Part shown: positions 1-11,531 of the stretch, piece by piece
How the letters are laid out: each line of letters starts with the position of its first letter
Numbering within the stretch: the first letter of the stretch is position 1
DNA from: Octopus sinensis
Taxonomy: Eukaryota
Length of the DNA: 64,000 nucleotides
Assembly (NCBI RefSeq): GCF_006345805.1
Contig: NC_043000.1
Span: forward strand, 151,466,001 to 151,530,000
Direction of reading: 5' to 3'
Translations under genes and position numbers: made by a program
The notes under the pieces: model-generated
Told to the model about the DNA's origin: nothing
The model's input: only the letters and a program-made list of their open reading frames with translations
Databases searched by the model: none

Positions 1-244
1 AAAATATGGTTGATCGAGCGTAGTAAACAGAGAGGAATAGTGCAAATGTTTCGTTAGCTGAACTGAAAATTCTTCTCTCGATGTGTGGAAGACTATAACC
101 TGACATGTTCAGTGGTGCTTTAACTATCTAATGGTTACAGGCAAGATGACCAGTGAGATTTTCTGGAAAACCTGTAATCAAGATGAAGTAAAACACCAGA
201 TTCAAAGGCAAAACTAGGATTAGAAAAATATCAGATTTGAAAAT

Positions 245-492
245 ATTCTTTTATTCTTTTATTCTATTACTTGTTTCAGTCATTTGACTGCGACCATGCT
301 GGAGCACAGCCTTTAGTCGAGCAAATCGACCCCAGGATTTATTCTTTGGAAGCCTAGTACTTATTCTATCGGTCCCTTTTGCCGAACCGCTAAGTTACGG
401 GGACGTAAACACACCAGCATCGGTTGTTAAGCGATGTTGGGGGGGGGACAAACACAGACATACAAACATTAACACACACACACACACACACA

Positions 493-537
<45 letters not shown>

Positions 538-700
538 CATATATACGACATGCTTCTTTCAGTTTCTGTCTACGAAATCCACTCACAGGGCTTTAGTCGG
601 CTCGAAGCTATAGTAGAAGACACTTGCCCAAGGTGCCACGCAGTGGGACTGAACCCGGAACCATGAGGCTGGTAAGCAAGCTACTTACCACACAGCCACA
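245..700 (-). mobile_element. SINE family A (tRNA head, CORE-like box, internal TA/CA microsatellite)
   Basis: Consensus: A-box TGGCTGTGTGG, B-box GGTTCAGTCC, CORE-like CCTTGGGCAAGT, central microsatellite, 3' GACTGAAACAAGTAAAAGAG repeats. About 28 copies in the window. Confidence 0.9.
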
Positions 701-721
701 CATAATTAGTCTTCCACTTAA

Positions 722-920
722 GACGGTGAGCTAGCATAATCGTTAGTATGCCGGGGGCAAACGCTTAGCGGCACTTCGTCTGTCGTTACGTTCTCGGTTC
801 AAATTCCACCTAGGTCGACTTTGCCTTTCATCCTTTCGGGGTCGATAAAATAACTACCAGTTGAGCATTAATCGACTTATCCCATCCAATGAAATTACTG
901 GCCTTGTGCCAAAATTTGAA
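722..920 (+). mobile_element. SINE family B (Meta/MESC-domain-like), tail type 1
   Basis: tRNA-like head, then GCCTTTCATCCTTTCGGGGTCGATAAA..AGTACCAG (Meta-domain-like) and tail GGCCTTGTGCCAAAATTTGAA. Confidence 0.8.
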
Positions 921-1876
921 GTTCATCTTTTATGTCATTTAACTTTTAACAGTAACCAGGGATATTTTCTGGGGAGATTGGTAAATTGTCTGCTTTTAAA
1001 TGATAACTTTTCCATTGATCATCAAGAACATTTATATTACTTTCTGGTGTGAACTGTTAGTGAAACGATAGATGTAGGATATATGCTGCGATTATAAGCT
1101 ATCTTTGGGCCTAGCAACTTGAGTTAGCAATAATTCCATCTTCATTAACAGGAAGTCTTTTACGTATTTGAATTCCGCTAGGAATTTCAAACAATCAATT
1201 TTAAATCTTATATTGTTTTCATCACCAAAAAGTTAACTCATTAAATACGTTGTTGTCTTTCCTCCAAGGTAAGCATTATTAATATTTTTGTAATTACTTT
1301 TATTGCTTCGATCTATTTCTCATGATTTAATGTTTTTCAATAATTCATCTCTAATAAATGAAATTTTTGTATTCTGATAATGTCATTAAATATAGATGTA
1401 AAACTGAAATGCTGAGATTGGAATTCAATATTCAGTAAATTTACCTTCTGTAGTATATTACATACTGAAGAGAAATTAGAATGTTTGATTCCATGACTGC
1501 TTAATACGTTTTAAATTCTCTCGGCATCATCAACTTTATCAACTTTCGATTCACTTCCGAAATAAAGAAATTAACCATCAAAATATCGAGAAATGCGCTT
1601 TGTATAAGTTAAAATATTTTGTGATAGGTTACCGCAACAACTTTTGTGTAAGTGTGATCACCCGTTATCTCCTGCTGCCGCAAGAAAAGTTGCATGTTAA
1701 ATCTTCTGTGAAAGCCTCTAAATGTAAATGGAATACGCTTACAGCAAGGCCAACACAAAGAGCATAAGAATGATAGACACATCCATTCTGAATAACAAAT
1801 GGAAGTTTTGTTCTTCTCATTGAGAATTTTTTAACAAACTTACAAATAATCAGAAGATTATCATTGTTTGCAAAGA

Positions 1877-2318
1877 GGCGTAGAAGTGGCTGTGTGGTAA
1901 GTAGCTTGCTAACCAACCACATGGTTCTGGGTTCAGTCCCACTGCGTGACACCTTGGGCAAGTGTCTTCTGCTATAGCCCCGGGCCGACCAATGCTTTGT
2001 GAGTGGATTTGGTAGACGGAAACTGAAAGAAGCCTGTCGTATATATGTGTATATATATATATATATGTATGTGTGTGTTTGTGTGTCTGCGTTTGTCCCC
2101 CTAGCATCGCTTGACAACCGATGCTGGTGTGTTTACGTCCCCGTCACTTAGCGGTTCGGCAAAAAAGAGACCGATAGAATAAGTACTGGGCTTACAAAGA
2201 ATAAGTCCCGGGGTCGAGTTGCTCGATTAAAGGCGGTGCTCCAGCATGGCCGCAGTCAAATGACTGAAACAAGTAAAAGAGAAAAGAGAAAAGAGAAAAG
2301 AGAAAAAAAAGAGAAAGA
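1877..2318 (+). mobile_element. SINE family A
   Basis: Full-length match to the family consensus; interrupts a fossil hAT transposase. Confidence 0.9.
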
Positions 2319-2599
2319 GTGAATGAGGTGTTCACTAAAATATCAAGTAATATGTATATCCCTTTTCGCTGTTTGTTCACTTTCCATTAATTTCTTTGCC
2401 ATAAGGAACATCAACACTAGATTTAACCGTATCAAAGCAGTTCTTATGTCTGACATAAATGGTGGGTTTCATTAACATGGATTATTTATATTTCTTTGAG
2501 TAAGATTGTGGCATTTACAGCCGCTATCTTCTTTATAATTGTTATGTTTTTGGAACCAATCCTTAAAAATAAGATTTTGTCGTCATTCTTATTTGAATA

Positions 2600-3010
2600 C
2601 TCTTTTGCTCTTTTACTTGTTTCAGTCATTTGACTGTGGCCATGCTGGAGCACCGCCTTTAGCCGAGCAAATAGACCCCAGGACTTATTCTTTGTAAGCC
2701 TAGTACTTATTCTATCGGCCTCTTTTGCCGAACAGGTAAGTTACGGGGACGTAAATACACCAGCATCAGTTGTCAAGCGATGTTGGGGGGGAGAATCTCA
2801 GGCACACAAAAATATACACACACATGCAAATATATATACATATATACGACAGGCTTCTTTCAGTTTCCGTCTACCAAATCCACTCACAAGGCTTTGGTTT
2901 GCCTGAGGCTATAGTAGAAGACACTTGCCCAAGGTGCCACGCAGTGGGACTGAACCCGGAATCATATGGTTCGTAAGCAAGCTACTTTCCACACAGCCAC
3001 TCCTGTGCCT
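2600..3010 (-). mobile_element. SINE family A
   Basis: Full-length match to the family consensus. Confidence 0.9.
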
Positions 3011-3716
3011 ATTGAATGATTATGCATACCAATTTAATTTTATCGGTTGCTTGCATTTTATCATTCATTACCACGAAGTGCAAATAATATACAAATGTAA
3101 CAAAGTTATGACGACAGGAACGATGGGACTACTCTTATAAAAGTCACACAATGGCATGGTTGGTAGGCATAAATGACACACACACAGATTATAAAACCCC
3201 AGCTTATAAAATATTTTCAAAATAGAAACCCAGAGGAACAAAATAGTCCCGGCATTGGCAGCCTAGTTACAATAAAATCCATTACAGTGATATCGAATGC
3301 GAATATAGAGAAATGATTTTGATTTTACCTTTTATTCCAATGACCATCAATCAATTAGGAGTTATATATTGAAATTAGATCAACATATTACATCGCATCC
3401 TCCGGGCGAAATAAGAGACATTCAATGATTAAGGAAAAACCATTAACTAAATGAATATGGTACAAGTTGCATGATATCAGACCTGTAAATTTGATTCCAA
3501 CTACAAGTGTTGTTGTCTTTTTTACTTGAACAAAATGTTTAATTTCTATCTCCTTGGCTATGGTTTCGCACCAAGAAACCCTTATTCGATACACATCTTA
3601 TGCAGGGAAACACTTAATGGTAAAACTAAAAGCGCTTCATTCACTTAAGTTAGATCAGCTGTAGAATTTCTAAATGTCAACCACATTGCTACATATTAGA
3701 CGGTAGCATGTTTGAG

Positions 3717-3945
3717 CAGAGCTGGCAGAAACGTTAGCACGCCGGGCGAAATGCTTAGCGGTATTTCGTCTGCCGCTGCGATTTGAGTTCAAATTCCGCC
3801 GAGGTCGACTTTGCCTTTCATCCTTTCGGGGTCGATAAATTAAGTACCAGTTACGCACTGGGGTCGATGTAATCGACTTAATCCGTTTGTCTGTCCTTGT
3901 TTGTCCTCTCTGTGTTTAGCCCCTTGTGGGTAGTAAAGAAATAAA
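3717..3945 (+). mobile_element. SINE family B, tail type 2
   Basis: Same head and central domain; tail ...TTTAGCCCCTTGTGGGTAGTAAAGAAATA. Confidence 0.85.
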
Positions 3946-4169
3946 TACTTCTCAGAAGATTCGTGTACCTACAACACAGGCTTTTTGATAAGGCTCGGAT
4001 TTTTATAGTAACGTACTTATATCTGACTTTAAAAAAACACAAATACATGATCTAAAATGGATAGAATATAAAATTTCCTGTACAGTTTAAGTTATTATTA
4101 CTTTTATTTAATACAATTTATACTTTTTCATTAAGAGTTCAAATTTTCTGAAGGATGAACAGAATTATG

Positions 4170-4613
4170 AGATCTTTTCTGTTTGAACGGCAGTTTTTTC
4201 TAGCGGTGTCATATGAAATTGTCACCCATAATTATGACCCTATTGCATTTCAATCAATTTTAGGGTTAGGGTTAGAGTTAGTGTTAGTTAGGGTTAGGAT
4301 TAGGGTTAGGGTTAAGGGTGGGGGGAAGGTTTTTTTTCTTCAGAAATGTAAATAAACTCAATCTGTTTCTTAAACGAGGGACATTTTCATACGGCACAGA
4401 CTGTTTTCACCTCAATAGACGTCATTGATTGGTTGAAATTGCAGAAATTGAAGAAAAACAAACAACAAATATCTTACAAACTATAGAATCTTTTCAATAA
4501 AGCCAAGAGAAAAAGATGTTTTATAAACACATTCTACCAGTATACGAAGTTTAAAAGTGTTTAGTTACGTGGAAATTATTTAAAAAAAACTGCCGTTCAA
4601 ACCGAAAAGATCC
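4170..4613. mobile_element. MITE with ~29-bp TIRs and internal (TTAGGG)n-like tract
   Basis: TIRs GATCTTTTCTGTTTGAACGGCAGTTTTTT and AAAAAAACTGCCGTTCAAACCGAAAAGATCC. GAATTAT is duplicated at 4162-4168 and 4614-4620 (7-8 bp TSD). Confidence 0.8.
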
Positions 4614-4713
4614 GAATTATATAACACCTTACATCTCAACAGTCCAATCTTAATAATAAAGAAATCTTAGGAAGAAACATCTCCTATGACGAAACCATTT
4701 TTTTAGTGTTCAA

Positions 4714-5116
4714 CTAGCAGTATCGCCCGGCGTTGCTCGGGTTTGTTTCGACCCTTTAGAATTGGAATTTTTGAAAAGTAAAAAAATTTGCGTTATGTAG
4801 CTTGTTATTCACTTTTAGTGAACATTTTTCTGGTTGAAATACACCAAAAAATGGCGACACAGCAGTCAAAAAAATCGTAAAAAAAAAGGGGATTTTCATA
4901 GAAAAAAGCACCTTTTTGATGTAAATAATTTTTGGTCTTAACATGGTCCTATTTGAATTCTATCTTCTACGGAATGAAGAGCAAGCCTTCTTCTATCATA
5001 CTCTCAATTTTGGTCAACTTGCGCCGCAGGGTCTCGGAGGAGATAGTTTTAGTTGAAGGCTACCAAACCTGCCACACACAGACAACTTCAGCTCTCTCTC
5101 TCTATATATATATAGA
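4714..5116 (-). mobile_element. Non-autonomous Helitron
   Basis: Minus strand begins TC and ends CTAG, with hairpin CCCGAGCAACGCCGGG just upstream of the end. Inserted between A and T with no TSD. Confidence 0.8.
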
Positions 5117-5701
5117 TATAGCCTTTAAATCTCGTTAATTCTTAAAAGCAGAGGCCAGATGTCTCAAATCCTTGATCTTAGGACAACGTAATTGTAATAA
5201 AAATGGTGTGGCTACGGTTATAACGCTGGACAAATGTTTCACTCCCTCAGTCACCTGTACATATGTCATAAGTGTGCTGAAGCAAGCTAACCAAGACTAA
5301 CATACAATAAAGTACAATAAAGTACAATATATCTATAAAATACTCGTAAAATATTCCTATCACTTAACACAGACGAATTTCCGGTCGGTCAGCCCAAGCA
5401 ACGACTCGATGACTTCTTTATATAAGGGAACCATACGAAATGTCAGGCAATTCAAACATTTTATTGTTTTTCAAATGAAAGTGCCTTGGCAGACTCTTCT
5501 ACCTACGATCATTTACAAACATTAAACAAACCCTGTCGCCCGCCTAAATACTAACCAAATTATCTACCCTGAGGCGTTGCCACCCTGTTTAAAGACCTCT
5601 GTTTTAAAGTAAACACACATGTATGAAACTGACATCTCATTGTAATTAGTTGTATAAACAAATAAATAAACAAATAAATAAATAGATAAATGAATATACA
5701 A

Positions 5702-5862
5702 ACGCAGGAGTGGCTGTGTGGTAAGTAGCTTGTTTACCAACCACATGGTTCCGGGTTCAGTCCCACTGCGTGGCACCTTGGGCAAGTGACTTCTACTATA
5801 GCCTCGGGCCGACCAAAGCCTTGTGAGTGGATTTGGTAGACGGAAACTGAAAGAAGCCCGTC

Positions 5863-5905
<43 letters not shown>

Positions 5906-6148
5906 TATGTGTGTTTGCGTGTCTGTGTTTGTTCCCCTAGCATTGCTTGACAACCGATGCTGGTGTGTTTATGTCCTCGTTACTTAGCGGTTCGGCAAAA
6001 GAGACCGATAGAATAAGTACTGGGCTTACAAAAGAATAAGTCCCGGGGTCGAGTTGCTCGATTAAAGGCGGTGCTCCAGCATGGCCGCAGTCAAATGACT
6101 GAAACAAGTAAAAGAGTAAAGAGTAAAGAGTAAAGAGTAAAGAGTAAA
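5702..6148 (+). mobile_element. SINE family A
   Basis: Full-length, with a (GAGTAAA)n tail. Confidence 0.9.
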
Positions 6149-6415
6149 CGTTCTACCAAAAGCTTAACCGGCTTCACAAAACAAGCTCTGCAAGAACCTA
6201 ACGTTAATAAGTTACCCCGTATCTCATCTAGAGAACCACCCCCCAACTAATTATGTACATCCTAGCATAGTTAAAGGGTAGTGGGGGGAAGATTGAAGTC
6301 TGTTCCGGAGGGCATTTTGGTATGAAGTAGGGGGGAGCACTTTATGTTTTATGTTTTTCAGGGTGCGACAGACTCAAGGACCACCCGGGCGGCAAAACCA
6401 GCTTGGGCTACGACA

Positions 6416-6921
6416 CTATATAGTAGCAGACACTTGCCCAAGGTGCCACGCAGTGGGACTGAACCCGGAACCATGTAGTTGGTTAGCAAGCTATTTGTAG
6501 GGCTTCTATCTGTTGCTGGAACTTTAATCTTTACTCTTTTACTTGTTTCAGTCATTTGACTGCGGCCATGCTGGAGCACCGCCTTTAGTCGAGGAAATCG
6601 ACCACGGGACTTATTCTTTTTGTAAGCCCAGTACTTATTTTATCAGTCTCTTTTGCCGAACCGCTAGGTGACGGGGACGTGGGGACGTAAACACACCAGC
6701 ATCGGTTGTCAAGCAATGCTAGGGGGACAAACACAAACACACACATACATATATACATATATACGACAGGCTTCTTTTAGTTTCCGTCTACCAAATCCAC
6801 TCACAAGGCTTTGGTCGGCCCGAGGCTATAGTAGCAGACACTTGCCCAAGGTGCCACGCAGTGGGACTGAACCCGGAACCATGTGGTTGGTTAGCAAGCT
6901 ACTTGCCACACAGCCACTCCT
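6416..6921 (-). mobile_element. SINE family A: partial head (6416-6495) plus full copy (6530-6921)
   Basis: Two adjacent minus-strand matches to the consensus. Confidence 0.85.
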
Positions 6922-7303
6922 TTCAATTATTGTTTTTTTTTAATGCCTGTACTTTTAAATTGAAAGTGAAGAAAAAACTTACGCAAATGTTAACGCCAGT
7001 ATTTGTGCATGAGGCATGTAAAAGAGGTTTATAATGACGAGATAAAAAGGAAGTGACTACGGACACTAGGTTCAAGGTCATGATGAACTGAGCCTGCGAT
7101 TCCGTTTTAATTTCGAATGTGACTATTTGACTTTCATTTTTGGTTCTCATGAGAAACGCATGAGAGCCACGTAATTTCGTTTCTTCTCTGCCGCAAATAA
7201 TATTTATGTTCTGGGTTTACGTGAGAAAACCTACGTAAAAAATTTATATAAAATAAACTTTTCATTTGTTATAAAAAATTTTCCTACTAGAAAAATAATC
7301 AAA

Positions 7304-7722
7304 GGTGCAGGAGTGGCTGTGTGGTAAGTAGCTTGCTAACCAACCACATGGTTCCGGGTTCAGTCCCACTGCGTGGCATCTTGGGCAAGTGTCTTCTGCT
7401 ATGGCCCCGGGCCAACCAATGCCTTGTGAGTGGATTTGGTAGACGGAAACTGAAAGAAGCCTGTCGTATATATGTATAAATATATATGCGTGTGTGTGTC
7501 TCTGTTTGTCCCCCTAGCATTGCTTGTCAACCGAGGCTGGTGTGTTTACGTCCCCGTCACTTAGCGGTTCGGCAAAAGATACCGATAGAATAAGTACTGG
7601 GCTTACAAAAAGAATAAGTCCCGGGGTCGAGTTGCTCGATTAAAAAAGGCGGTGCTCCAGCATGGCCGCAGTCAAATGACTGAAACAAGTAAAAGAGTAA
7701 AAGAGTAAAAAGAGAGAGAGTA
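7304..7722 (+). mobile_element. SINE family A
   Basis: Full-length match to the family consensus. Confidence 0.9.
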
Positions 7723-8516
7723 AACTCGAAACCCCATATTTATTTAAATATTCTTCTCCTAAATTTGATAAATCAAGCATCCATTTCAGCATCGGTATTA
7801 ATCAATAATTCTACTAATTATCATTTTTTACTCCCCAAATGCTTTTTAAATGTTTGATATTGTTTACTTGAGGCAGTCTTTAATTCGACATCAACAATAC
7901 TAGTAAATGTGCTTTAGGACACTTGCTTTTCTTTCGCTAATGTCCAAATACCAGTTACTAAGGGTGGCAGTGTTTAGGGGCACGCTTCCCTGCTTAACAT
8001 CGATAGTTCAGCCTCACGCATGCTAAACAAGATTGTTTCGCCAGTCAATGACCTAATTTGCTTTGCTTCAGGCCGTCAGGCATCCTCTTCCCAATACTTC
8101 CCACCCCCGCTGCTGCTACTGCTTAACCTCTCCACCTTACCACGTAATTATGTTCATAACACCCGTCTAGTCGACTGTTTACTCCTTTTCTTCTTATTAT
8201 TATTATTGTTTTTTTTTTGTTGTTTTGTTTTGTATTGTAGTCCGTCTCTTTGGAATAAAATAAAACAAAATAAAATAAAATGAAAAAAATTCGGCAAAAA
8301 AAAAATGGAAAAAAAAATTCGGCAAAAAAAAAGGAAACAGTATTCCTTTATGAATTTCCTTCCTTTTTCCATTTGCTCCGTCCACAAGCAATAAGTTCAC
8401 TAGCTCCGAGTTCTTACAATTTATAGCAACGTACATGCTGTGTACCAAACTCGTATTTCTTCAGCACAACCGTAGCATTTCTCGCAAGAGGCATGGCTAT
8501 TCATTATAAACATACA

Positions 8517-8731
8517 AGTAGTAGTAGCAGTAGCAGTGGTAGCAATAGTAGCAGTAGTAGTAGTAGTAGTAGTAGTCGTAGTAGTAGTGGTGGTGGTGGT
8601 GGTGGTGGTGGTGGTGGCGGCGGCGGCGGTAGTAGTAGTAGTAGTAGTGGTGGTGGTGGTGGTGGGTGGTGGTGGTGGTGGTGGTGGTGGCGGCGGTAGT
8701 AGTAGTAGTGGTGGTGGTGGTGGTGGTGGCG

Positions 8732-8775
<44 letters not shown>

Positions 8776-8968
8776 GGCGGTAGTAGTAGTAGTAGTGGTG
8801 GTGGTGGTGGTGGTGGTGGTGGTGGTGGTGGTGGTAGTAGTAGTAGAAGTAGTAGTAGTAGTAGTAGTAGCAGTAGTAGTAGTAGTAGTAGTAGTAGTAG
8901 CAGTAGTAGTAGTAGTAGTAGTAGTGTTGGTAGTAGTAGTAGTAGTAGTAGTGACGTTAGTAGTAGCG

Positions 8969-9011
<43 letters not shown>

Positions 9012-9096
9012 TAGTAGTAGTAGTAGTTGTAGTAGTAGTGGTAGTGGTAGTAGTAGTAGCAGTAGCAGTAGCAGTAGTAGTAGTAGTAGTAGTAGT
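8517..9096. repeat. Compound trinucleotide microsatellite (AGT)n/(GGT)n/(GGC)n
   Basis: About 580 bp of alternating AGT and GGT blocks. Confidence 0.95.
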
Positions 9097-9429
9097 TATT
9101 AGAGAAAAATAAACGAAACACATAAGGAATATAAAAACAATATGCTATCATATTTTTTGGTATAACTGTTTTTTTGGCATTATTATTAATTTAGTGTTAA
9201 ACGAGAAGAGTTAAGAAAATAAATCAAATTAAATTTTGTGTTGGACGGAAATTGGATGAAACAGTTTTTTTTTGGTATTTTTGTCATTTTTTTTAGAATT
9301 ATTTAACATTAGAATTTTGTGAAAGTACTATTTCTATACATATTTTCCTCTCAATGAACTTTGATACAAACTTGCATGCACGCACGCACGCGCGCGTGCA
9401 CTCACTCACACACACACACACACACGCAC

Positions 9430-9465
<36 letters not shown>

Positions 9466-9497
9466 GCGCGCGCACACGCACACACACATGCACACTC

Positions 9498-9925
9498 ATC
9501 TTTTATTGGTTTCAGTCATTAGACCGCGGCCATGCTTGAGCACCACCTTGAAGAATTTTCAGTCAAATGAACCGAACCCCAGTAATTTTTTTTTAAAGTC
9601 TGGTACTTATTTTATCGATCCCTTTTTGTCGAACCGCTAGGTTACGGGGACATAAACACACCACCACCGGTTGCCAAGTGGTGGAGGGAGACACAGACAC
9701 AAACACACACACACTCGCATACACACACACACGTTTGTGTGTATGAATAACATACATACATACATACATACATAACGACGGGCTCCTTTCAGTTTCCGTC
9801 TACCAAATCCACTCACAAGGCTTTGGTCAGCCCAAGGCTATAGTACAAGTGACTTACCCAAGGTGTCTCGCAGTGGAACTGAACACGGGACCATGCGGTT
9901 GAGAAGCAAGCTTCTTACATCACAC
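9498..9925 (-). mobile_element. SINE family A (older, diverged)
   Basis: Diverged but collinear with the consensus. Confidence 0.8.
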
Positions 9926-9972
9926 CCAGTTTTTATGCTGTTATAATAAAAAGTTTTAAATTAATCTGATGT

Positions 9973-10258
9973 ACATTATTTATATTCGACGGATATTTGT
10001 CCTCATCTTGTTTGTTGTTAACACAACGTTTCGGCTGATATACCCTCCAGCCTTCTTCAGGTGTCTTGGGGAAATTACCTTAGGAATGAGAACCCAGGCT
10101 CGAAATTTCCCCCAAGACACCTGAACATGGCTGGAGGGTATATCAGTCGAAATGTTGTGTTAACAACAAACAAGATGAGGACAAATATCCGTCGAATATA
10201 AATAATGTAATAATGTAAATAATGTACATAATTCCTCATCTCTTAAATATAGAACTGT
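9973..10258. mobile_element. Penelope-like element fragment with inverted pseudo-LTR arms
   Basis: ~105 bp inverted arms (about 9972-10076 and 10104-10209). 13-bp target-site duplication ATTAATCTGATGT at 9960-9972 and 10259-10271. Each arm carries a hammerhead-type motif typical of PLE pLTRs. Confidence 0.75.
10020..10065 (-). ncRNA. Minimal type I hammerhead ribozyme motif
   Basis: GACAC-CUGAAGA-A-GGCUG(GAGGGUAUAU)CAGCC-GAAACGUU-GUGUU: stem I GACAC/GUGUU, core CUGANGA and GAAA, stem II GGCUG/CAGCC, palindromic ACGU stem III, predicted cleavage after GUU. Confidence 0.7.
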
Positions 10259-10483
10259 ATTAATCTGATGTGTCACTCTATAATTTTGTAGAGCACAAAT
10301 TTATCACTTTTAGACAAGAATGTTGTTGAGAGTGACTTCGAAGTCTCGGCAAAGTAAGCCATTTCCGTTGCTCCACTGCGACATGATATCTGATGTATCT
10401 TTGCTGCCGTGGTACTGTGTCCGTGACACGGTTACATTGGTACATCAGAAACTATAACAGTGAAATAAACATTTTTTTTTAAA

Positions 10484-10640
10484 TGTGGCTGTGTGGTAAG
10501 TAGCTTGCTAACCAACCACATGGTTCCGGGTTCAGTCTCACTGCGTGGCATCTTGGGCAAGTGTCTTCTGCTATAGCCCCGGGCCGACCAATGCCTTGTG
10601 AGTGGATTTGATAGACGGAAACTGAAAGAAGCCTGTCGTA

Positions 10641-10711
<71 letters not shown>

Positions 10712-10712
10712 C

Positions 10713-10743
<31 letters not shown>

Positions 10744-10945
10744 GTGTGTTTGTCCCCCTAGCATTGCATGACAACCGATGCGGGTGTGTTTACATGCCCG
10801 TCACTTAGCGGTTCGGCAAAAGAGACCGATAGAATAAGTACTGGGCTTACAAAGAATAAGTCCCGGGGTCGATTTGCTCGACTAAAGGCGGTGCTCCAGC
10901 ATGGCCGCAGTCAAATGACTGAAACAAGTAAAAGAGTAAAAGAGT
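10484..10945 (+). mobile_element. SINE family A
   Basis: Near full-length, with an expanded internal (TA)n. Confidence 0.9.
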
Positions 10946-11204
10946 ATAAGAACATTTGTGTTTTCATGTGGCTAAAATTCTTCAGTATTTTACTATACGG
11001 TTTCAGATTAGGAAACAAGGCAACTCCCAAAATATGTGTGCGCGTGCACACATGGAACAGGGAATTACGTCATGTGACGTAATTTTTTATTCGCTTGTCA
11101 TTTCAATTTCTTACTCTTGCTCTATACTCGACTGACGCCTCGTTCCGAAACATATGTGCAGTGAGTTTTAACACTAAGCTATTAGTATCGTTATGGCTAA
11201 GCAA

Positions 11205-11206
<2 letters not shown>

Positions 11207-11247
<41 letters not shown>

Positions 11248-11421
11248 TAATAATAATAATAATAATAATAACGATGATGATGATGATAAGATATGTGTGT
11301 ATCTATGTATATATATATATATGTGTGTGTATAGTATATGTATGTACACACACACACACACATGCATACATACATACATACTTACATACATACACACACA
11401 TATATATGTATATAAATATAT

Positions 11422-11485
<64 letters not shown>

Positions 11486-11531
11486 CTTTAATTAACAAAT
11501 CTCTAATTAACAAATCTCTAATTAACAAATC
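11207..11531. repeat. (AAT)n, (GAT)n, CA/TA microsatellites and a 15-bp x3 repeat (TAATTAACAAATCTC)
   Basis: Seen directly in the sequence. Confidence 0.9.

Larger units (their letters stand above)
1..2590 (-). pseudogene. Fossil hAT-type transposase broken by SINE insertions
   Basis: LPFVIQNGCVYHSYALCVGLAVSVFHLHLEAFTEDLTCNFSCGSRR (about 1665-1805) resembles the hAT CxxH region (GCVCHSLALC...YNYFSHSSKR). Flanking frames have stops and frameshifts; boundaries are uncertain. Confidence 0.45.

Noticed and set aside
4259-4320. True telomere or chromosome-fusion scar
   Set aside because: The tract is short, degenerate and enclosed within a MITE.
8497-9123. Poly-Thr mucin-like, poly-Val and poly-Ser/Gly ORFs
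   Set aside because: All are readings of one trinucleotide microsatellite, with no signal peptide or splice context.
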